Under the pieces are notes generated by a model, which saw only the letters and a list, made by a program, of their open reading frames with translations, did no database searches and was not told where the DNA came from. From Mobula hypostoma (lineage: Eukaryota): a stretch of DNA of 64,000 nucleotides. The stretch lies in NCBI RefSeq assembly GCF_963921235.1, contig NC_086108.1, positions 88,724,001 to 88,788,000 of the forward strand, read 5' to 3'. How positions within the stretch are numbered: position 1 is the stretch's first letter; every line of letters begins with the position of its first letter. A program made the translations under genes and the position numbers. Below, piece by piece: positions 12,001 through 27,000 of this stretch.

Positions 12001-15000
12001 TTATGGCTTTTTACAAGGCACAGAGCGAGAGAGAGAGACTGTGTGGTGCGCCACTCCCCACACAGACATTTTCGCAGCATTTTCCCTTTGTTTTACGAGG
12101 TCGAGTTGCGGTCTCAACACTCAACCTGGCATGGATGGAAAGCATGCTCGGGGGCGGACCCGACTAGTTTCGAACCCGGGAACCTCCGCTCCCAGGTCTG
12201 GTGCCGATGTTGTTCCGCCACCAGCTGGCCCAAGAGACTGAAATTTCTATAAGAAGTTGGACTATGAATTCACTTCTGATGCATCTGATTTATAGATGCC
12301 AGGTCTGTGACTTTTCCATCCTGGGCTCCACTGAAAATCTCTATGAACATGATATACCTAATACATCTGTAATTATTAATCTAGTGGCTGTGTGAAGTGA
12401 AATAAGAAAGTTTGCAACACACGTGAACAGCTGAGAGTTTTGAAAGTGTCAGTATTTCACCACTCCTATCTGTGCACCTGCAGCAAACCTTGCACTGTAG
12501 ACTTTCCATGATAATATTTGATTCTAAGATGTAGAGTTTGATTGTTTAGCATGCAAGCAAGCAGCTGAAAAGAAGCACCCTACCGATTCATGGAAGTGTG
12601 TAAAATTAAGGTTTAGATGATCTGTTCTTTTTATAAATCTCAACACCTATGTCAGGATGCTGTTCATCGACTATAACTCAGCACTTAACACCATCTTGGT
12701 TGATAATTTACAGAACCTGGGCCTCTGTACCTCCCTCTGCAATTGGATCCTCGATTTCCTAACTGGAAGACTTCAATCTGTATAGATTGGTGATAACATC
12801 TCCTCGTCACTGCTGATCAACACTGGTGCACCTCAGGGGTGTGTGCTTAGCCCACTGCTCTACTCTCTCTATACCCATGATTGTGTGGCTAGGCATAGCT
12901 CAAATACCATCTATAAATTTGCTGATGATACAACCATTGCCACTTTTCTGCTGTACATTTCCCCAAGAACATCCGTTACCAATTTATGCTTCCAAGTTCC
13001 TGCCTAATAGTTTCATATTTCCCCTTACTCCAATTAAACGCTTTCCTAACTTGTCTGTTCCTATCCCTCTCCAATGCTATGATAAAGGAGATAGAATTAT
13101 GATCACTATCTCCAAAATGCTCTCCCACTGAGAGACCTGACACCTGACCATGTTCATTTCCTAATACCAGATCAAGTACAGCCTCTCCTCTTGTAGGCTT
13201 ATCTACATATTGTGTCAGGGAACCTTCCTGAACACACATAACAAGCTTCGACCCATCTAAACCCCTTACTCTAGGAAGATACCAATCAATTTTAGTGAAA
13301 TTAAAATCTCCCACCATGATAACCCTGTTATTATTAGACCTTTCCAGAATCTGTCTCCCTATCGGCTCCTTGATGTTTCTGTTACTATTGGGTGATGTAT
13401 AAAAAACACCCAGTAAAGTTATTGACCCCTACCTGTTCCTAACTTCCACACTGAGTGACTCCATAGACAATCCCTTCATGACTCCCTCCTTTTCTGCAGC
13501 CATGACACTATATCTGATCAGCTGTACCATGCCCCCACCCCTTTTGCCTCCTTCCCTGTCCTTTCGGAAACATCTAAAGCTTGGCACTCTAAGTAGCCAT
13601 TCCTGCCCTTGAGCCATCCAAATCTCTGTAATGACCACAACATCATAGCTCCAAGTACTGATCCATGCTCTAAGCTCAAACGCTTTGTTCATGATGCTTC
13701 TTGCACTAAAATAGGCACATCTCAAACCATCATTCTGAGCATATCCCTTCTCTATCACCTGCCTTTCCTCTCTCTCACACTGTCTACAGGCTTTCTCTAT
13801 TTGTGAGCCAACCGCCCTTTCCTCTGTCTCTTCAGTTTGGTTCCCACTCCCACCAGCAATTCTAGTTTAAACTCGCCCCAAATAGCCATAGCAAACCTTC
13901 CTGCCAGTATATTGGTCCCCCTTGGATTCAAGTGCCACCTGTCCTTTTTGTACAGGTCACACCTGCCCCAAAAGAGGTCCGAATGATCCAAAAATCTGAA
14001 TCTCTGCTCCCTGCTCCAATCCCTCAGCAGTCGTAATCTGATAAAATAGCTCAGTCCAATACATGTTGAGTGATGACATGACTGATCTACCATCAAACTG
14101 CTGTTGCCCTGGAACCAAACCCAACTTGTGTTAAAGAGAAAATGAAACAAGTAGGAGGAGATTCAGGGCAAAGGTTTGCAAAAAGATAAGTTTTAGCTGT
14201 AATGTGTCAAGTTTCTAATGTAAACATTTCTCCAAGCCAAAGACCATATTGCCCTGGCAAAGATGTTCTGGCAAAGAAGCATAGAAACATAACATGAAGC
14301 AGCAATCATAATATGACAGAATTCACCCTGCAGTTTGAGAGGGAGATGATAAAGTCAGATATATCATTATTACAGTGGGATGAAAAGAATTACAGAGGCA
14401 TGACAGATGAGCTGGCCAAGGTTGAATGGAAGGGGACACTAGCAGGGATAATGGCAGAACAACAAAGGCTGGAGTTTATGGAGACAATTCAGAAGATGCA
14501 GGATAGATATGTCCCAAGGATGAAGAAGTAAAGGGAGCATGAGGCAACTGTGGCTGACAAGGAAAATCAAAAACAGCAGAAAAGCAAAGGAGAAGGCATA
14601 CAAAATAGCAAAAAAATCCTTGAGAAGTTATGATTGGGAAGCTTTTAAAAACTAACAGAAGGCAACTAAAAAGCCATAGGGAGAGAAAACATGAAATATG
14701 AAGGGAAGCTAGCCAATAATATTGTGGTAAACCATATATATATATATGTTGTAACTGTGTTACCTGTCTGGACACGCCCCTCTGCTGACTGCTCCTGTGG
14801 CTCCTCCCACAGATCCCTGAATAAAGGTGATTTTGTCATTGCTCCTCCCTCAGTCCAAAACAGATACTCAGCATGGACGTTGGTCCATTTACTGTTAATA
14901 AAATCCTTTTCAGTACTCTACTTCCAGTCTTTTGGAGTAATTGATAGTGCATCAAATTTAAAAGAGGATACCAATTTTTTTTTTTCAAATATATAAAGAG

Positions 15001-18000
15001 TAAAAGTGAGGTGAGAGTGGATGAATTTCCAGCATCTGCAGAATTCCTGTTGTTTGCGTTTAAATTCACTACTGTGAAGCCTCTTCCGGTGATGCCTACA
15101 CCAAAGAAGTTTAGATCCGCTCTTCGACGGGAGTTCAGTGAAACCATCTCTCACTGCTCAAATCCCTTACTCACTCTTCCTTCAGTTAGTCCTGACGAAG
15201 GGTCTCGGCCTGAAACGTCGACTGCACCTCTTCCTATAGATGCTGCTTGGCCTGCTGCGTTCACCAGCAACTTTGATGTATGTTGCTTGAATTTCCAGCA
15301 TCTGCAGAATTCCTTTTGTTTGTGAGAGTGGATATTGGACCATTGGAAAATGACATTGGAAAAGTAGTAATGGGGGACAAACAAATGGCAGATGAAATTA
15401 ATAAGTATTTTGTGCAGTCTTCACTGTGGAAGACACTAACAGTATGACAGAAATTCAAGAATGTTAGGGGGCAGAAGTGAGCATTATTGCTATTATTAAG
15501 GAGAAGGTGCTTGGGAAGATGAAGGGTCTCAATGTACATATGTCACCTGGACCAGATGAACTATACCCCTGTGTTCTTAAAGAGGTGGCTGAAGAGATTG
15601 TGGAGGTATTAGTAATGATCTTTCAAGAATCAATAGATTCTGGCATGGTTCTGGAGGACTGGAAAATTGCAAATGTCACTCCACTCTTTAAGAAGGGAGA
15701 GAGGCAGAAGAAAGGAAACTATAGGCCAGTTAGTCTGACCTCAATGGTTGGGAAGATGTTGGATTCCTCTATCAAGGATGAGGTTTCAGACTACATGGAG
15801 CTGCATGATAAAATAGGTCAAAGTTTCGTAAGGGAAAATATTGCCTGACAAATCTATTGGAATTCTTTAAGGAAGTAACAGGCAAGATAGATACAGGAGA
15901 GTCGGTGGATGTTGTTTACTTGGATTTTCAGAAGGGCATTTGGCAAGGTACCACACATGAGATTGCTTAGCAAGATAAGAACCCAAGGTATTACGGGAAA
16001 GATACTTGCATGGATAGAAGATTGGCTGACTGGCAGGATGGATAGAGTGGGGGAAAAAGGGGGTCTTTTCTAGTTGGCTGCTAGTGACTAGTGGTGTTCT
16101 GATATGGATGGTGTTGGGACCACTACTTTTCACGTTATTTGTCAATGATTTTGGTGACTGAATTGATGGCTTTGTGGCCGAGATTGTGGACCATACAAAG
16201 ATAGGTCAAGTGGCCTGTAGTATTGAGGAAGAAGGGAGTCTGCTGAAGGACTGAGACAGAGTGAGAATGGGCAAAGAAGAGCCAGATGGAATATAGTGTC
16301 CAAAAGTGTCTGGTCATGCACTTTGGTAGAGGGAATAAAGGTGAAGACTATTTTCTAAGTGGGGAGAAAATTCAAAATTCAGAGGTGCAAAGGGATGTGG
16401 AAGTCCTTGTGCAGGATTCGTAAAGATTAACTTGCAGATTGAGTAGGTAGTAAGAATCAAAAAGGCACAACAGCATCTTTATTTCCTGCGGAGCATCAAG
16501 AAAGCTCACCTCTGTCCCAGGATACTGACGGACTTTTACCACTGTACCATTGAGAGCATGCTCACCAACTGCATCTCAGTGTGGTATGGCAATTGTCCCG
16601 TATTGGACCACAAAGCTCTCCAGCGTGTGGTGAAAACTGCCCAGCGGATTATCGGCACCCAATTTCCCACCATTGAGAACATCTACCATAAACGCTGCCT
16701 GGGCAGGGCGAAAAGCATTATCAAGGATGCATCTCACCCTAACCATGGACTTTTTACTCTCCTCCCATCCGGTAGGCGCTACAGGAGCCTCTGCTCCCAC
16801 ACCAGTGGGCACAGGGAGAGCTTCTTCCCTGAGGCTGTGACCCTGCTGAACCTCACATCACAGCGCTGAGCAGTATTGCATCCATATTGTACTGTCTCAG
16901 TACTTTTATATTTGTGTGCTGTAGCACTTACTTTTTATTCACAGTTATTTTGTAAATAACACTATTCTTTGCATCTCTGGTCAGATGCTAACTGCATTTC
17001 ATTGGCTTTGTATCTGTACTCGGCACAATGACAATAAAGTTGAATCTAGTCTAATCTAATCTAAATTCAATGTTAACATTCATTTTAAGAGGACCAGAAT
17101 AGAAGAGAAAGGATGTAATGCTGAGGCTTTATAAGGCATTGATCAGACTGCACCTTGAACACTTGGAGTACTGTGAGCAGTTTTCAGCCCAATATCTAAG
17201 AAAAAAATGTGCTGACATTGGAGCAGGTCCAGAGGAGATTCATGAGAATGATTTTGAGAATGAAAGGGTTAATGTATGAGGAGTGTTTGATGGCTCTGGG
17301 CCTGTATTTGCTGGAGTTTAGAAGAATGAGGGGCTATCTCATTGAAATCTATCAAATATTAAAAGTTCTGGATTGAATGGATGTTTGTCACGGGAGGATG
17401 TTTCCTGTAATGAATGAGTCTAGGATGAGATGACACAGCCTCAGGCTAGAGGGACAGCCATTTAGAACAGATGAGAATCTGTAGATTTCATTCCCACAGG
17501 CAGCTATGGAGGCCAAGTAATTGAGTATATTTCAACTGTAGGTTGATAGGTGCTTGATTAGTTAGGGTGTCAAAAATTATGGGGAGAATGCAGGAGATTG
17601 GGGTTGAGAGGGATAATAAATCAGCTGTGATGAATGGCAGAGAGGACTTGATGGGCCGAATGACCTAACTTGCTCCTGTGTCTTCTGGTCTTATGATTGG
17701 GGTCTACATTCACATAACCTGAGTTTTAATGTTAATTGCATGTGTCAAACCCAATACAAATTCAGCAATAAGCCCAGAATTCAAATTGCTGAATTCTCTC
17801 GAATGATCATGATAATGCAGCAGGCAGTGCCACCTTGTGGTTATGCTTTTACAGTTTTCAGAAATATAATACAGTTTTCTATCATAATTCTTTCAGGCTA
17901 GAGAAGTAGGGGCTCAGAGTTTGACTTTGCTGTTCAATAAGATTATACCCAAGCCTTCGTTACTTTTATTTCCAGTATGATCCTGAAAATATTTCTCTAA

Positions 18001-21000
18001 GTGTCTAAAATACTATCAGTTTCAGTCTTGATTTCATTCTGTCTGGCTCCATACAGGTTTAGTACACCTGATTTGTATCTTGCCTATAAATACACGCAGA
18101 CAGGCAGTATGGATTTAAAAGAATTTAGTCATTAGTCTGAGATTGGCTCAGGCTATATGTGTTAATGTTAGCTATTATGAATGGCAAAGCAAGACTTAAA
18201 CTGCTTCTCCAGATTATCCATTCCTGTGGGATAACCCATCTCTTCAGGCAGCCTCTGCCATTTGACTTGCAAACATTCTGGGTTATGAATAGTTCTCAGA
18301 AATGGAACCCTGCTGTAACCTGAGGAGAATCATGAGCCATTTGCAGAGGAGAATCCCAAAGATTCAGAATACAGTGGAGTCTGGTTAATTGGGCCATCAG
18401 TTAATTCAACAGCCGTTTATTTGGGACGTCTAAAGTAACAAAAACTAAAAATCAAGAAAAAGGCTGGGATTTCCTTCATTTATTTGGGACAATATGCCAT
18501 TTAATTGGGACAAGATCCTGTTGCCAAATAGTTTCTATCTAGCATCAGTCGCATGCATTTACATGGCCATTAGACACCACGCCGTGCTTAGAGTGATCAG
18601 TTTTTAAATAGAATCAGAGTGTAGTTTTGGTTCAAAAAGCAGTGATTTGGAATTGTTTTGTTCACCATGGTTTCAAGCCTTCTGGCTTAGAGATGTCAGA
18701 AACATCCGGAAGTGGAAATGAAATAGTTTCACTGCTTGAACAAGTTAAGAACTGCAAAGAATTTGAAGATGTTGACAATCATCTTGAATGTTACAATGAA
18801 AATTAAGATTCAGAGGATACAATCTGCAATTATCTAAAGCATTTTATGAAGAGATTCCATTATATATACTCGGTGTGTACACTGACTTTGTTCATTTGCA
18901 GTCAATCAAAAGAGCATGTTGGATGAAATCTTCAGTGGATAACTATTAGGAATTAATGCACAGATTTATAATACTGTAGAGGTATTGATAATGTTCTAAT
19001 TGGTTCTTTTTAAAATTAAAATACATAAAATGTTACTCAGTAAACTAGTTTTTTTATAGCTTTTAATTATTTCCATGAAACTTCAGCTAATTGGATCAGC
19101 CACTTAAATGAGCCAAAATGCACGGCGCTGATGTGTCGCAATTAATAGTATCCATTGAACTCATACCTTGTTCTTTATCCTGAAAGTTTTAGCCCTTGAA
19201 AAGCCAAGCATCTCCCTACTGTGTATCAATTCATAATGTTATCAAATATGACAATGGTTCTGGGTCTAAGAACTTGATCCATCAAGTTGAATTTCTCAAT
19301 AGACTGCAGCAATTTAATCAATCTGTAAAATGCTTGTCTCCCTGTTTCATAAAGTGATTTACTCTTAATAAAAATTATTATTTTTTGTAACAAAGCTTAT
19401 TAAAGAGGAATCAATACCTGAGCAACAGTTTTTAAAAAAAAACATTTTATACCTAATCCTATTTCCACTAGTTTGAGTTTCCCAGTAAAATGAGTCTCAT
19501 TGATAAGAACAAAAGGTTTACTGATTTGGGTTGTATCATTAGTGCATTCAAAATGCATATATATCACTGTATACAGAATAGTGAGATATATTGACTGTTC
19601 AGGTGTTGACATTTCATTGTGTTGCATATAATTGTTGATACCATACACCATGTTCTGGACACACAGCTGTGCACTTAGACAGTGAGGGAATTAATCTAGA
19701 GTCATTGTTTTTAAAGTGCATGTGCTCCATTATCGTTTCAGTATCCTGTCTTGTTTTAGGTGCACAGCATTCTGATGATGACCACAGTATTGTTTACCTG
19801 CATTGGTTTTATTCTTCCTTTTATTTACAGAGGAGGCTGGAACCAGGTAAGTCGGCATTTACTGTTTTGGTAGTAAGTGGAAAATAGTATTTTTCTTTAC
19901 TTTTCGATGCTAAACTAGCATAATGCATGAACAGTCATAATTCAGTCAATTGTTCATTACAAGTCCATGAACATACCAATATTTTCTATGCCTTTGTACA
20001 CTTACACACACATAGAAGCTCTATTTTGCATGCTCTAAAGTTATGTTTTAATGTGGTAAAGGAGATAAGTGTGGTATATATCACATCAGGAGATATCTGG
20101 GCAGATGCCAAAGAGAATTTTTTTAAGGAGAGGAGGAGACAGGGTGTCGAGATAGGAATCAGAGTTTTTTAATTCTTATTAGCTCTTTAGTTTTAAGTAT
20201 ATCCATCTAGTTGATTTATTTTATGGTTCGGACTTTATACAGATGTATTGTTCTGATTTGAACTTCTGGCTTGGTACTCTGTTTTCCTAATGTAGCCCTC
20301 AATCCTCCCTTGTCTAAAGCCATTGATTCCTTGCACTAGTATATCATTTGCTATCTCTCCAAAGTAGAAGTGACCAGGAATATTTTCACCTAATTGCTTG
20401 AATGAACCCACAGAAGGCCAACATTTGTCTTGTTTTGATTAAGGATTTATGTGGTAGACCCAGCCAATGATTGTAAATAGTTGGGGTCTGGCTGCTGTGG
20501 GGAAAGGAGATCAAAGGCTGGGTTGGGGTTAGAGGACATGCTAAGGGCTTGGTGCCTAGAGTCAGGAATGGATTGTGGACCAAGGCCTAAACATCTGGGA
20601 TCACAGCTCTGGAAATTGCAATAAGGTATTGTCCTTTGCAGACAGGCTTCTTATCTTATTGTGCAAGCAATCTTGGACATCTTTTCCTAAGAACCAATAT
20701 AGTTTGGCTGACTCAGGGCAAGCCAATATTACCATGGACAAAATAACAGTGATATTATGCCCATTTTATGTGTGTAGAAAATCTCTAAAGCATGCTTCGG
20801 ATATTAGTAGCGGACATCTCTACTTTAGTCTTGCCCAATATCGTCCATGGAATATAGAGAATTCTGTGACCTCACTAAGCAAATACCATTGCAGTGTTCA
20901 GTGAAGTCACATAAGTTTCATTAAGAGAATTTATGGGAATCTTTACGAAAGGAGCAATTGAAGCAATCTGTAAAATGCTAGTCTCACTGAATTTCACGTG

Positions 21001-24000
21001 GTGATTGTGTTTCACTTTCAATAAAGTAAAGCACCTTAAGGGTAGTAATCTCTAGATTATTCCCAGTGCCATATACTAGTAAAGAAAGAAATAAAAAAAG
21101 ACAGCTCAGATGAATGTGTGGCTGAGGAACTGGTGAAGGGGGCAGGGATCTAAGAGCTTGGATCTTGTGTCAAGAATTCAGGGCCTGCATGATCTTGTGA
21201 GAGTGAAAGACAAGGCTGATTGACAAGGGATGTTGAGACTCTGGTTAAGAAAAAGAAGCATGCACTGCACATAAGCAATTGAGAACTAGTGAATTTCTTG
21301 CTGATGACAAGAAGAGTAGGAGTGCACTTATAAGGGAGGTTAAGAAGGCAAAAAGAGAATACGAGAAAGACCTGGCAGGCAAGTTGATGCAAAATCCCGG
21401 GATATTCTACAGGTAATTAAGAAGTAAAAAGGGTGGCTAGGGAGAGGATAAGTTCCCTTAAATATCAAATCGTCCAAAAGGAAATGGGTGAGGCTTTCAA
21501 TAAATATTTCTCTTCAGTTTATGCTGTGGAGGAAATTATGGGAGGTAAGGAAATGGAGCAAATGAGTGGTTTTGGCTTAAGGCACATACAAATTATCAGG
21601 GAGGAGGTATTAGAAGCCCTAAAGTACATAAAGGTGTCTAAATCTCCAGGGCCTGACCCAGTGCATTCTCAAACCTGATTGGAAGTTAGAGATAAATTGT
21701 TAAAAGAGCTGGCATGATATAGTTGAGGTTACAGCACCAATGATCTGAGTTCAACTCAGCCAACCAAGGGCAACTAGGCCTTAGATGAGAGATCTAGCAA
21801 CTCCAAATTCAGAGTTCCCTGATATCCACTATTACAGTGCCTGTGTCCTGGGTTCATTTCCCAATTCTACTTGTAAGTAGTTTGTATGTTCTCCCCACGA
21901 CCACATAGGTTTCTTCCAGGTGCTCCAGTTTCTTCCCCAGTTCCAATGACATAGGAGTTAGTAGCTTAACTGGTCACACGGGTGTAATTGAGCAGCGCAG
22001 GCTTGTTGGGCCAGAAGGACCTGTTACTGTGCTGTATCTACAAATAATAAATAAATAAATAAAAATTGTGGAAGCCTGTGCAGAGATTTCTGTTCTTTCT
22101 CTGGTCAGAGGTGAAATTTTGCAGGACTGGAGACTAGATAATATGGCACGATTGTTGAAGAGGGTAGCAGAAACTACAGATCAGTGAATCTGACACTGGC
22201 AGTCGGTAAACATCTGCAGGAAATTTTCAGGGACAGGATCTCCAGCATTTGGAGAGATAGGGTTTGATTTAGGACAATCAGCATGGCTTTGTGCATGGGA
22301 AGTTGTGCCTAATAGATCTCTCAGAGTGCTTCAAGCAGGTAACTAAGAAGGTAGGTGAGGGTAGGGTCATGGATGTTGTCTGCATGGACTGTAGCAAGGC
22401 TGTCAATGAGATCCCTTAATGCAGGCTAGTCTGGAAGCTGAGATCACATGGGATTTGGGGGTGGAATCACAGATTGGATTCATAATTGACTCAGTGGTAG
22501 GAAACAAAAGGTGATGGTCAAGGATTTTTTCACCTACTGGAGGCTGGTGTCCAGAGGTGTGCCACATGAGTCGGTACTGGGAATTTGTTGTTTTTAATTT
22601 ATATAATTGATTTGGACATGAATGTACAAATCATGGTTAGTAAGTTTGCAGATGATATTAAGTTAGGTGGTGTTTTAGATGGTGTTGAAGGTTAAGAAAA
22701 ATTACAGGGGTATTGTATCAGCTTGGTGTTTGGCTTTCAATCCTTGTAAATGTGAAGTATTGCCTATGGAGAGAAAATCATGATAGGACCCTGGGAACAT
22801 TAGGGACAGAGGAACCAAGGAGTACAAGTGCATATTTTGCTGAGAGTAGTGTCACAGGTAGATAGGGTGGTGAAGAAAGCATTTGGAATACAGACTTTCA
22901 TCAGTCTGGGCATTGAGTATTGGATTTGGGAAGTTATGTTGCACTTATATACACTAGGAGATTGGTGAGGCTGCATGTGGAGTATTAAGTACGGTTTTGT
23001 CACCTTGTTATGGAAATGATGTTATTAAATTAGAGAGAATTCAGAAAATATTTCTTAGAATGTTACCTCAACCTGTGTGCCTGAGTAACAAAAAGATGCT
23101 TCATGATCAAGGACTTTATTCCCTAGAATACAGGAGATAAAGGAGTGATGTGATAGAGGTATATACAATCATGACAGGTATAGAAAGGCTGATTAAGACA
23201 GATTGGCATAATCAGTCTTTTTCCCAGGGAGGGAGTGCATAAAGCAAGATGGCATGCAGTAGGTTTAAGATCAGAGGCAAGAGATTTAAGAGACATCAGG
23301 GACACCCTTTAGCGGAATGGTACTTCATGCAAAGAATGGTCAGTATCAGGAATTAGCTGCCGGAAATAGTGATTGAGGTAGATTCATTATCAACATTTAA
23401 AAGACATCTAGAAAGTACACGGGTAAGAGAGGTTTAGGAAGCTGCAGGTAGATGGAATTAGCTCGTTGGGCAACACTCAATACTCTAGAGCCTGATTCAG
23501 TTGTTGTAAATAAGCTTTATATTATTAGGAAGAATCAATACTGTAGCAACAATTTTATTTTAGCTATGATATTTTATATTTAGTTCAGTAACAATTGACT
23601 TTTGAAATATTGCTGATACAATTCCCATTCCTCAGTGATGACATGACTGATCCACCATCAAACTGTTGTTGCCCTGGAACCAAACCCAAATTGTGTTAAA
23701 GAGAAAACGGGACAAGAAGTAGGAGTTTCAGGGCAAAGGTTTGCAAAAAGATAATTCTTAGCTGTAATGTGTCAAGTTTCTAAGGTGAACATTTCTCCAA
23801 ACCAAAGACCATATTGCCCTGGCAAAGAGGAATGACAAACTCAAATAGTAATAAACAGCTGAAAACAATTAGTAGCTCATGTGACACCCATGTGGTAATC
23901 ATACCTAACATTTGCCTGGTAGAATATAATGAAGGCAAGGCAACTGGGTGCTAGTGCTCAGTCTATGATCACATTCATTCAAAATTTAAGATGTGGGAGG

Positions 24001-27000
24001 AATGAAATTTCAATGGTCTATTTCCCTCCACAGATGCTGCCTGACTCACTGAGTTCCTCCAACATCTGGTTTTTGCTTGACTTTCAGCATCTGCAGTCCC
24101 TTGTTACTCCATCACATTCATCCAGTTTACTTGCCTTCTCTGACCTCTTCTGTTCATCCTTTCGCACTGTCATTTTGGTACTAAATAGCACAGTCCAGGA
24201 CCATTACTTAATGTGAACAAATTAACTTTGTATGATCCGATATAAATACTTTGAGTTAGAAAACTCATTTTAAAAAACTGTGTATACGTCTCTGCCCGCC
24301 CACCAAGGATGTTCTCTTTTCTTCGCTCTCCCATTGGGCAGAAGATACAAAAGCTTAAAAGCACATACCCCAAGGCTCCAGGACAGCTTCTACTCCACTG
24401 TTACAAGACTCTTCAATGGACCTCTTGTATAAGACCATAAGACCATAAGAAATAGGAGCAGAATTTGGCCATTGGGCCCATCAAGTCTGTTCTGCGATTT
24501 CATCGTGTCTGATCCAATTTCCCTCTCATCCCCGATCTCCTGCCTTCTCCTGTATCCATTCATGCCCTGACCATTCAAGAATCTATCAACCTCTGACTTA
24601 AATATAAATAAAGACTTGGCCTCCACAGCTGCCTGTGGCAAAGAATTCCACAGAGTCACCACTCTTTGTCTAAACAAATTTCTCATCATCCCTGTTCTAA
24701 AAGGATGCCCCTCTATTCTGAGGCTGTATCCTCTGGTCTTAGATTCTCCCACCATAGGAAACATCCTCTCCACATCCACTCTATCAAGGCCTTTCACCAT
24801 TCAATAAGTTTCAATGAGGTCATCCCTCATTCTTCTGAATTCTTGTGAATACAGGCCCAGAGCCATCAAATGCTCTTCATATGACAAGCCTTCAATCCTG
24901 GAATCAATCTTGTGAATCTCCTTTGAACCCTCTCCAGTTTCAGCACATTCTTTCTAGGATAAGGAGCCCAAAACTGCTCACAATACTTCAAGTGAGACCT
25001 CACCGGTGCTTTATAAAGTCTCAACATTACATCCTTACTTTTATATTCTAATCCCCTTTAAATGAATGCTAATGTTGTACTGCCTTCCTCACCAAAGGCT
25101 CAACCTGCAAATTAACCTGCACAAGGACCCATAAGTCCCTTTGCATCTCAGCGTTTTATATTTTCGCTCCATTTGGAAAATAGTCAACAGTTTCATTTTT
25201 TCTGCCTAGTTGCATGACCATACACTTCCTGACACTATTCCATCTGCCGTTTCTTTCCCCCTCTGCTAATCTGTCTAAGTCCTTCTGTAGGCTCTCTACT
25301 TCCTCAAAGCTACCTGCTCCTCCATCTATCTTCATATCATCTGCAAATTTAGCAATAATGCCATCAATACCATCATCCAAATCATTGACATAATGTAAAA
25401 AGAACTGGTCCCAAACCAGACATCTGTGGAAAACCACTAGTCACCGGCAGCTCGACAGAAAAGGCTCCCTTTATTCCCACTCTGTCTCCTGCCAGCCAGC
25501 CAGCCACTGCTTTATCCATGCTAGAATCTTTCTTGTAATACCATGGGCTTGTAGCTTGCTAAACAGCCTCATGTGTGGCACCTTGTCAAAGGTCTTCTGA
25601 AAATCCAGGTACACAATATCAACTGATTCTCCTTTGTCTATTTTGCTTGATATTTCTTAAAAGAATTTCAACAGATTGGCCAGGCAAGATTTTCCCTTGA
25701 GGAAACTATGCTGACTACAGCCTATTTTATCAATGACTCCAAGTACCCTGAGACCTCATACTTAAAAACTGTCTCCAATATCTTCCCAACCACTGAGGTC
25801 AGACTAACTGGTGTATAACTTCCTTTCTTCTGCCTGTCTCCCTTCTTGAAGTGGAGTTACATTTGCAATTTTCCAGTCTTCCAGAACCATTCCAGAAGCT
25901 AGTGATTTGTGTAAGATCATTACTAATGCCTCCACAATCTCTTCAGCCGCCTTTCAGAACTCTGGAGTGTCCACCATCTGGTCCAGGTGACTTATTTACC
26001 TTCAGACCTTTCAGATTCCCAAGAACCTTTTCTATAGTTATGGTAACTTCATACACTTCATGCCCCCTGACACCTGGAACTTCCACCATACTGCTAGTGT
26101 CTTTCACAGTGAAGACTAATGCAAAATGTTTATTCAGCTTGTCTGCCATTTCCTTGCCTCCCATTCCTACCTCTCCAGCATTGGTTCCAGTGGTCTGTTA
26201 TCCACTCTCGCCTCTCTTTAACACTTCATGCATCTTAAGAAACTTTTGGTATCCTCTTTAATATTATTGGCTAGCTTACTTTGCTATGCCATCTTTACCT
26301 TCTTGATGACATTTTTAGTTGCCTTTTGTTGGTTTTTAGAAGCTTCCCACTAATTTTTGCTCTATTACATGCCCTCTGTTTGGCGTTTATGTTGGCATTG
26401 ACTTCTCGTTAGCCATGGTTTTGTCATCTTTCCTTTAGAATACTTCTTCCTCTTTGAGATGTATATATCCTGTGCCATCCAGATATGGACTCAACCTCAC
26501 AACCTACCACATTATGATCTTGCCAATTTATTGTTTATCTGAACTGCACTTCTCTTTAGCTTTTACACTTTATTCTGCATTTTTATTGATTTACCTTGTT
26601 GCCCACTGTAATAATTTGATTTGTATGAATATTATATGCAAGCTTTGAACTGTATCTAGGTACATGTGACAGTAATAAACCAACCATCACCACCATTGTG
26701 TGTCATATTGGATGATGTGGGTGATCATGGTCTCCATGACCATGATTGTTCTTGGCAAGTTTTTCAACAGAAATAGTTTGCCCTTATTCTGGGCAGTGTC
26801 TTTACAAAGCTAGTGCCCTTAGCTATTACTAATGCTCTTCGTAGATTCTCTGCCTGATGTCAGTGGTCATATAATCAGGATTTGTGATATGCACCAGCTG
26901 TTCATATGACCATCCACTACCTCCTTCCATAGCTTAACATGACCCTGATCACGAGGCTAAGCAAGTACTACATCTTGCCCAAGAGTGACCTGCAGGCTAG

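Larger units (their letters stand above)
14290..17695 (+). mobile_element. CR1 ORF2/3' end, interrupted by a solo LTR, a PLE cassette and a Rex element
   Basis: [36 protein letters not shown]; sequence resumes after each insertion. Confidence 0.85.

Noticed and set aside
12150..12231. tRNA gene (also 38920-38993)
   Set aside because: A and B boxes are present, but they are SINE heads with TSDs and no convincing cloverleaf
19321..21030. Short similarity aatctgtaaaatgct.gtctc.ctg at ~19321 and ~20966
   Set aside because: Too short and diverged to interpret
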